Positions 17,382-22,654 of a stretch of DNA of 22,654 bases are shown in pieces; positions within the stretch are counted from its first letter, which is position 1, and each line of letters begins with the position of its first letter. The position numbers were made by a program, and so were the translations under genes. The notes below the pieces were generated by a model that had not been told where the DNA came from, did no database searches, and saw only the letters and a program-made list of their open reading frames with translations. The stretch comes from Candidatus Fraserbacteria bacterium (GTDB lineage: Bacteria > Bipolaricaulota > Bipolaricaulia > RBG-16-55-9). The DNA lies in contig JBBIOR010000002.1 in NCBI GenBank assembly GCA_037443265.1, forward strand, positions 1 to 22,654, read 5' to 3'.

Positions 17382-18149
17382 ATGGAGAGAGAGCAACGCA
17401 AAAGAGAGCAATTGAAGGAACGCATCCGGGCCGAGCGCATGAAGATCCTCCAACGTCTTGAGGAGGAGCGTGGTACGAAAGTGCTTACCCTCATCCACCG
17501 CAAGGAACCCTGGCTGGAACCTGGCGAAGAAGGCAGTATTGTGATCGAGGATAGCGAGAAGCTTTTGATGGAGATCCGCAAGGCACCCAAGGATCAGCCC
17601 ATTGACATCATCTTGCACACGCCGGGAGGACTGGTGCTGGCAGCGGAGATGATCGCTTCCGCCCTGAAAAGGCATCCAGCGAAGGTCACCGCCATTGTGC
17701 CGTTTTACGCTCTAAGCGGCGGCACGATGATCGCCCTGGCTGCTGACGAGATCCTTATGGAGGATTTCTCCGTCTTAGGCCCGCTGGACCCGCAAATCCA
17801 CGGCATGGCTTCGGGGGCGATTCTCGCTCTGTTGCAGAGGAAGCCCATTGAATCCGTCAGTGATGAGATGGTGATCCTGGCGGATTTGGCGGAGAAGGCT
17901 ATCAGAGAGGTGAAGATGTTTGTCCACTGGCTTTTGGAGGACAAGAAGCTCAGGGAGAAAGAGCGGGAGCTGTTGGCTGAGTTCTTGGTGGGGGGCTATG
18001 TCGCCCACGATCAGCCGCTGACGTTTGATACGATGCAGCAGTTCGGGATATCTGTGGTGCAAGGCGTGCCCGAAAGGGTCTTTGAACTCTTTGAGACTTG
18101 CGAGTTTTGCGGGGTCAATCGCCCCCAGATGGCCACCTTCCTCTGGTAG
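17382..18149 (+). CDS. ClpP-class serine protease (SDH_sah family)
   Basis: LIHRKE, ILHTPGGLVLAA, VPFYALSGGTMIALAADEI (catalytic Ser), LGPLDPQ and AHDQP motifs. Confidence 0.88.
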   Translation: MEREQRKREQLKERIRAERMKILQRLEEERGTKVLTLIHRKEPWLEPGEEGSIVIEDSEKLLMEIRKAPKDQPIDIILHTPGGLVLAAEMIASALKRHPAKVTAIVPFYALSGGTMIALAADEILMEDFSVLGPLDPQIHGMASGAILALLQRKPIESVSDEMVILADLAEKAIREVKMFVHWLLEDKKLREKERELLAEFLVGGYVAHDQPLTFDTMQQFGISVVQGVPERVFELFETCEFCGVNRPQMATFLW

Positions 18150-18152
18150 CCT

Positions 18153-18323
18153 AAGGGGGCGGAATGCGAGGAACTTTGGCCGCAGAGGACTTGGGTCTTC
18201 CCCGCCAGGTCCCCTTTCCCGAGGGCCCGCTCTTATCGGTTCTGCCTCCTCCTATGAGGGCGGGCCCCCTCTCACCCCTGCTAGGGGAGCCCGATTCCTG
18301 TGCGAAAGAGACAGACTCCGGGC
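18153..18323 (+). other. Highly structured intergenic region (candidate cis-regulatory RNA or sRNA)
   Basis: Four consecutive stem domains. The strongest is a 14-bp stem, 18223-18236 with 18254-18267, that uses G-U pairs on the + strand. Confidence 0.4.
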
Positions 18324-18375
18324 AAGCTAGAGCGGTCGTATCAGCAAGGAGTCACACGAGGCTCATTCCCGATCC

Positions 18376-19152
18376 ATGAAGACTCAGCACATCCCTGCGC
18401 TCACAGCCGAGCAGATGCGCAAGGTGGATCAGTTGACGGTCGAGAAGTACGGGATTCAGCTGATCCAGATGATGGAGAACGCCGGTCGAAATCTCGCAGA
18501 ACTGACGCGACGATGGCTAGGAGGCTCTGTTCAGGGAAGGCATGTGATTGTAGCCACAGGCAAGGGCAACAACGGGGGCGGCGGGATGGTCGCCGCTCGG
18601 CATCTCCACCACTGGGGCGCTAGGGTCACGGTGCTCTTGGAGTCCGAGAGGTTTTCGGGCACCCCCAGGCTTCAGTGGGAGATTCTAAAGCGTCTGCCGT
18701 TGGAGAGGAAGCTCGCTCAAGCTGCCCTAGAGCTCTTGGCAAAGTGCCGGGGGGATGTGCTCATTGATGCGCTCATCGGCTATGGCCTCTCCGGTCCCCC
18801 TCGGGGTTGGGTTGCGCGCGCGATTGTGGCCATCAACGCTCTGGGGATACCTGTGATTGCTCTCGATGTCCCTTCCGGCCTGGACGCAACCACGGGTAAG
18901 ATTCACCAGCCTTGTATTCGAGCGACCGCCACTCTGAGCTTGGCACTGCCAAAGACGGGCTTGATGAAGCCGGAAGCAAAAGATGCCATCGGTAGACTCT
19001 ATCTGGCTGACATCGGGGTGCCCAATGTGGTCTATCGAGAGATGGGGATCGAGGTAGGCCCAGTCTTCACCCACAATGCTATTATCTCCCTAGCTGGCCA
19101 ACAGGAGGGAGCAGGACGCGAAGCTTGTCCTTGGCGCACCCCCACCTCATAA
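18376..19152 (+). CDS. nnrE: Stand-alone YjeF_N NAD(P)H-hydrate epimerase
   Basis: QMRKVD, MMENAG, GKGNNGGGG, IDALIGYGL, ALDVPSGLD, LPKTGL and LADIGVP motifs. Confidence 0.88.
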   Translation: MKTQHIPALTAEQMRKVDQLTVEKYGIQLIQMMENAGRNLAELTRRWLGGSVQGRHVIVATGKGNNGGGGMVAARHLHHWGARVTVLLESERFSGTPRLQWEILKRLPLERKLAQAALELLAKCRGDVLIDALIGYGLSGPPRGWVARAIVAINALGIPVIALDVPSGLDATTGKIHQPCIRATATLSLALPKTGLMKPEAKDAIGRLYLADIGVPNVVYREMGIEVGPVFTHNAIISLAGQQEGAGREACPWRTPTS

Positions 19153-19179
19153 CGCGGAAGGGCATATAGACCTAATCGG

Positions 19180-20727
19180 CTACCCCAAGCGCCTTAAAGG
19201 GGTGAAGCCATCGGTCGTCTCCTCATGGAGCAACACGGACATGTTCGCCAAGAACATGGCTTGTGCCGTGTCGAAGCGCGGATTCGTGACCTGCCACTGC
19301 CCATTCTCATAGACGACTTCGCTGGCATAGACGGATGCCTTGCCCGACTCCTTCGGAGTCTTGAGTGCAGCCGTGGTGAAGTGCTCGATGGGTTCACGCT
19401 TGCGATAGTGCTCCGGAACCATCATCGGGTAGCCTGTGGCTTGCATGAGTCCAGAACGAATGACAGCATTCTCGAAGAACGTCTCGAAGCGCTCCGTGGC
19501 GAGCTCGGCCTCTAGCCTTGGCCCAAAGAGACGCATGGCGTTAAGCCCCGCCAGCACGGCACCTACCGTGAAGGGAGTATAGCCGTATCGCTGCGCTCCC
19601 TCCGCGCTCGCGTACACCCCTGCCTGCGCATCCCACAGCTGCTCCATCTGCCGGAACGCCTCCAGTGCAGCTTGGGCGTGCACGGCTTTTCCGGTGAGGC
19701 GCGAAGCTTCCACAAGTCCATAGACAGCCAACGCCCGATCCACGAGCGTTGGCTTTTCGGATCGAATCAGGAGGTCAGCAAGGGTGTTGATGTCTTGGAG
19801 CGCCAGCTCGCGGAGCGTGCGGTTGAGGGCGTTGCGTGACAGATCGCTCGCTACCATAAACCAACCCAGGGCTTCGATGGCCAACGCTTGCTCCGCAGCA
19901 GAGAGGGGCTGATCTAAGAGACTGTGCACAGCTTGCAACCCCTGGTTCATGAGATCTAGTGCGTCCACCTCATCGACGGGCAGACTCATGATCATGCTGG
20001 GCATATTCATCTGCATCGACCCCATACCCACCATGTCGCCCATGCCTGCCAGCATGTGATACGCTTTGGCGAAGTAATTCTCACTGGAATCGGTCACCGC
20101 CAAGAAGAAACTGGCCAGCCCCCAAAGCACCGCGATCTGATCTTGCGCTGTGGCTTTGCCGGGCAAGAGCTTTCCATCAGGCCCCAGCGGCGCGAACGCG
20201 CCCGACTCCGTCTGCATTCTTGCTAAGAGCTTCACGATAGCCTTGGCCTGCGGGATCATCATGATCGCCGCAAACTTTTCGCTGGGGCTCTCGTGATACG
20301 CCAGATGGAAGCCCTTGGCCGTGATCTTGAGGAGCGTGTAGCCCTGAGCTGCGGGCGTAAGTGTCTTGTCCATCTTCGCTTCATCCCAGCGCATTGTTGC
20401 CATGTCCATGGGATCGGGCCTCTGCGGTAGACGCGGATCGCCACCTGCGTAGACTCCGGCGACCATGTGCATCCCCTTCATCGAGGCATCTTTGGGATCG
20501 AGCTCGGCCATGGGGGCCATCTTCTCGATCATTTGAGGCGTAGGAGTAAGCTCAGGTCCCATCCCCGAGAGCATCACCAGAGTCACGAAATTGTAGCGCC
20601 CGAACCAATAGGCCTGATAATCTGCCGTCGTAGGCGTCGGACCCTCTCCGGGCAGACCTCCTCGTAACAAAAAGAGTCCCAGCACGGCCAGGAGCACCGC
20701 AACGATCAGCACTCTAAGATCCGGCAT
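19180..20727 (-). CDS. Exported or membrane-anchored Met-rich hypothetical protein
   Basis: 515-aa ORF with a strong SD (GAAAGGAGAAGGAG), an N-terminal hydrophobic signal/anchor, no Cys and about 34 Met; the C-terminal half looks helical. Confidence 0.8.
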   Translation of the reverse strand: MPDLRVLIVAVLLAVLGLFLLRGGLPGEGPTPTTADYQAYWFGRYNFVTLVMLSGMGPELTPTPQMIEKMAPMAELDPKDASMKGMHMVAGVYAGGDPRLPQRPDPMDMATMRWDEAKMDKTLTPAAQGYTLLKITAKGFHLAYHESPSEKFAAIMMIPQAKAIVKLLARMQTESGAFAPLGPDGKLLPGKATAQDQIAVLWGLASFFLAVTDSSENYFAKAYHMLAGMGDMVGMGSMQMNMPSMIMSLPVDEVDALDLMNQGLQAVHSLLDQPLSAAEQALAIEALGWFMVASDLSRNALNRTLRELALQDINTLADLLIRSEKPTLVDRALAVYGLVEASRLTGKAVHAQAALEAFRQMEQLWDAQAGVYASAEGAQRYGYTPFTVGAVLAGLNAMRLFGPRLEAELATERFETFFENAVIRSGLMQATGYPMMVPEHYRKREPIEHFTTAALKTPKESGKASVYASEVVYENGQWQVTNPRFDTAQAMFLANMSVLLHEETTDGFTPLRRLG

Positions 20728-20754
20728 CTCCTTCTCCTTTCGTTTCGTCCCGCA

Positions 20755-21471
20755 TCATAGACTGAGAATTCCGCTGTAGACGAGCTGGTAGTAGATCAAG
20801 TATCCTCCGGCTCCGATGAGCACCAGCCCACTGATCCTCGTAATATACGGCATCAGTCGCCGCAGATATCGCTGGATCAGATCCTTGGAATAAGCCGTGA
20901 CAAGCGAAAGCGCCAGCATCATGGCCGTCATCCCCAGGGCGTAGGCGCTAAAGTTGATGAGCCCACTTAAGAACCCGCCAGCGAACGCCTGGAGCAGGAC
21001 CACAAGAAAGATCGGGATCGTACAGCCCACCGAAGCCACGGCGTAACCGATCCCGTAGAGATAGAAAGTGTGAAAGTCCCTGATGGGATTCCCGGCAGCG
21101 ACGCCAAGCTCAACTTCAATTTTGGGCAGCTGCACAAATAGGGTTGGGGCTTTATCGAAAGCCATGAGCAGGCCGAGCGCGATGAGCCCGGCCCCGAAGA
21201 GGGCAGCCACCCAAGGGATGTACTGAGCGATCGCCGTCCCCAAGGCGGAAAATAAGAGTCCGGCAGCCACGAAGACGGTGAAGAACCCAACGCTCACGCT
21301 GAGCCCTAAGAAAAGGCCGCTTAGGCCTGGTCTCCACCGCGATCTTGAAGTTGATTCACTCCCACGTCCCAGATAGTAGGAGACGTAAGCCGGGAGCATC
21401 GCCACGCCGCAGGGATTGAAAAAGGCGATCACCCCGGCGACGAACGCAAAGGAGAACAGCTCTGGGTTCAT
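20755..21471 (-). CDS. ccdA: CcdA/DsbD-type transmembrane electron transporter
   Basis: FNPCGVAMLPAY and SVGCTIPIF supply the two redox Cys; about 6 TM segments; YALGM motif. Confidence 0.9.
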   Translation of the reverse strand: MNPELFSFAFVAGVIAFFNPCGVAMLPAYVSYYLGRGSESTSRSRWRPGLSGLFLGLSVSVGFFTVFVAAGLLFSALGTAIAQYIPWVAALFGAGLIALGLLMAFDKAPTLFVQLPKIEVELGVAAGNPIRDFHTFYLYGIGYAVASVGCTIPIFLVVLLQAFAGGFLSGLINFSAYALGMTAMMLALSLVTAYSKDLIQRYLRRLMPYITRISGLVLIGAGGYLIYYQLVYSGILSL

Positions 21472-21482
21472 CTCTGCTGCTC

Positions 21483-22367
21483 TTACGGAAAGCCGAGTTC
21501 TGGCGTCCCGTCGCTGTCCAGATCGACCACGACCCGCTCCACAACGCCATCTGAGGCGCGGGTCTTGATAAAGATCTCGGGGTTCCCATCCGCATTGATA
21601 TCTACGCGCACGAGCACCGCCGCCGGGGCCTCGAAGCGCATGATGATTTCTAGCACCTCTTTGCTAGGTACGGTGCCCCGCACATGGCCCTTGAAGAAAG
21701 CCACGGTCGCCTCAAAGGTCCCATCGCCGTCGAGGTCCACGCGCGCCCCATCCGGGTTCCCATCGCCCTCTGTGTCGATCAGCGCTCCGACGGCTTTGTC
21801 CTTGGTCGCTTGCTCAATCATTTCAAAGCTACTGAGCGGCAGGATTGGCGCCCCAAAGACCTTCTCGGCAAAAGTGTCAGCGATGCCCTCGGCCGTGAGC
21901 GTCGACTTGGAGATCTCGCGGATTATGCCCTCGGGATCAACGAAGAACATCGTGGGCATCTTAGTGATCTTGTACTGAACCACAAAAGCGCCTCTAGGAT
22001 CGAGCAGATTCGTGAAGGTCGCGCCTTGCTGCTGGGCGAACTCGCGAGCGACGTCCGGAGAGTCGGCCACGTTGATCCCGATCACCTTCACGAGATCCCC
22101 GAAGGCCTCATGAAAAGCCTGCCACTCCTTCATCTCCTTCTGGCAGACGGGACAGCCCGAAAACCAGGGGCTGAAGAAGACAGGCTGTCCGCGGAAGTTG
22201 CTAAGCGAGACTTCGTTTCCGTCCAGATCCTTGAACGTAAAGTCTGGGGCGGAGTGGCCCACTTGAGGCGCTGAATGATCCGCCCAGGTCACCGTTGGTG
22301 CTAGTAACCAGCTGGCTAGTGCCATCCCGACAGCTATAACTAGACTCTTGAAGAACTTTTCCAACAT
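21483..22367 (-). CDS. Exported TlpA/ResA-like thioredoxin with a C-terminal DxDxDG-repeat domain
   Basis: Signal peptide, APDFTFKDLDGNEVSLSNFRGQPV, CPVC active site and MPTMFFVDPEG, followed by four DxDxDG motifs. Confidence 0.88.
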   Translation of the reverse strand: MLEKFFKSLVIAVGMALASWLLAPTVTWADHSAPQVGHSAPDFTFKDLDGNEVSLSNFRGQPVFFSPWFSGCPVCQKEMKEWQAFHEAFGDLVKVIGINVADSPDVAREFAQQQGATFTNLLDPRGAFVVQYKITKMPTMFFVDPEGIIREISKSTLTAEGIADTFAEKVFGAPILPLSSFEMIEQATKDKAVGALIDTEGDGNPDGARVDLDGDGTFEATVAFFKGHVRGTVPSKEVLEIIMRFEAPAAVLVRVDINADGNPEIFIKTRASDGVVERVVVDLDSDGTPELGFP

Positions 22368-22394
22368 CGTCGCACTCCTTTCTCTTCTTTCGCA

Positions 22395-22654
22395 TTAATC
22401 TCTGCTCTTGACGATCGACATCAGTTCTTCCACCGCTCTGCGTTCATCACCGCGCTTGATGTGCTCGACCATGCAGCTTTCCAAATAGCCCTCAACGACG
22501 ACGTTACGAGCACTGGCGAGGGCCTGCTGCACGGCCTTAAGCTGAGCCAGCACGTCTAGGCAATATCTGCTCTCTTCCAGCATGCGCAAGATGCCATCGA
22601 TCTGGCCTCGAATGTTGCGCAGTCTCTTGATCGTCTCCATTCTCACCGTGGGCC
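22395..22654 (-). CDS. CsoR/RcnR-family metal/sulfur-sensitive repressor (start may lie beyond the window)
   Basis: RLRNIRGQIDGILRMLEESRYCLDVLAQLKAV...YLESC; the frame stays open to the window edge upstream of GTG 22646. Confidence 0.9.
   Translation of the reverse strand, partial: PTVRMETIKRLRNIRGQIDGILRMLEESRYCLDVLAQLKAVQQALASARNVVVEGYLESCMVEHIKRGDERRAVEELMSIVKSRD

Noticed and set aside
18150..18270. Moco riboswitch, suggested by CCTAAGG and GCCTCC words near a Moco cluster
   Set aside because: The order and terminal GGAAAGGAG element do not match, and the site is not upstream of Moco genes.
18164..18379. 71-aa Pro-rich ORF before nnrE, and a minus-strand AGGAGGAGG followed by ATA
   Set aside because: Its composition reflects GC hairpins. 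The minus frame lacks a proper start codon and would run antisense into the protease gene.
21565..22274. + strand ORFs of 137 and 196 aa
   Set aside because: Antisense shadows of the TlpA gene.

Overview
Gene-dense bacterial window of moderately high GC, with no CRISPR array, tRNA/rRNA or mobile element that I can support. From left to right it holds: the end of an ABC-exporter ATPase and a frameshifted permease; a double zinc-ribbon protein coupled to a LipL-like lipoyl/octanoyl transferase; an MFS and an EamA/DMT transporter; an Fe3+ ABC importer (FbpA/FutA type) directly downstream of a Fur/PerR-family regulator; a hot-dog thioesterase; a nine-gene molybdenum-cofactor cluster (xdhC, mocA-like, mobA, moaA, moaD, moaE, moaC-moaB fusion, TSUP permease, moeA); a divergent unit (MerR-like HTH/coiled-coil fused to a Met/His-rich membrane domain, a ClpP-class SDH protease, a stand-alone NnrE); and an operon of a His-less CsoR-family repressor, TlpA-like thioredoxin, CcdA and a Cys-free, Met-rich exported protein. 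The strongest leads are: (i) the membrane-tethered HTH plus protease pair; (ii) the CsoR-variant/TlpA/CcdA/Met-rich operon; (iii) a near-consensus + strand promoter driving an orphan, strand-specific hairpin RNA antisense to the iron-operon 5' UTR, next to two distinct operator palindromes; (iv) a highly structured 226-nt intergenic region upstream of nnrE. All calls come from motif recognition by eye; no database searches or folding programs were run.
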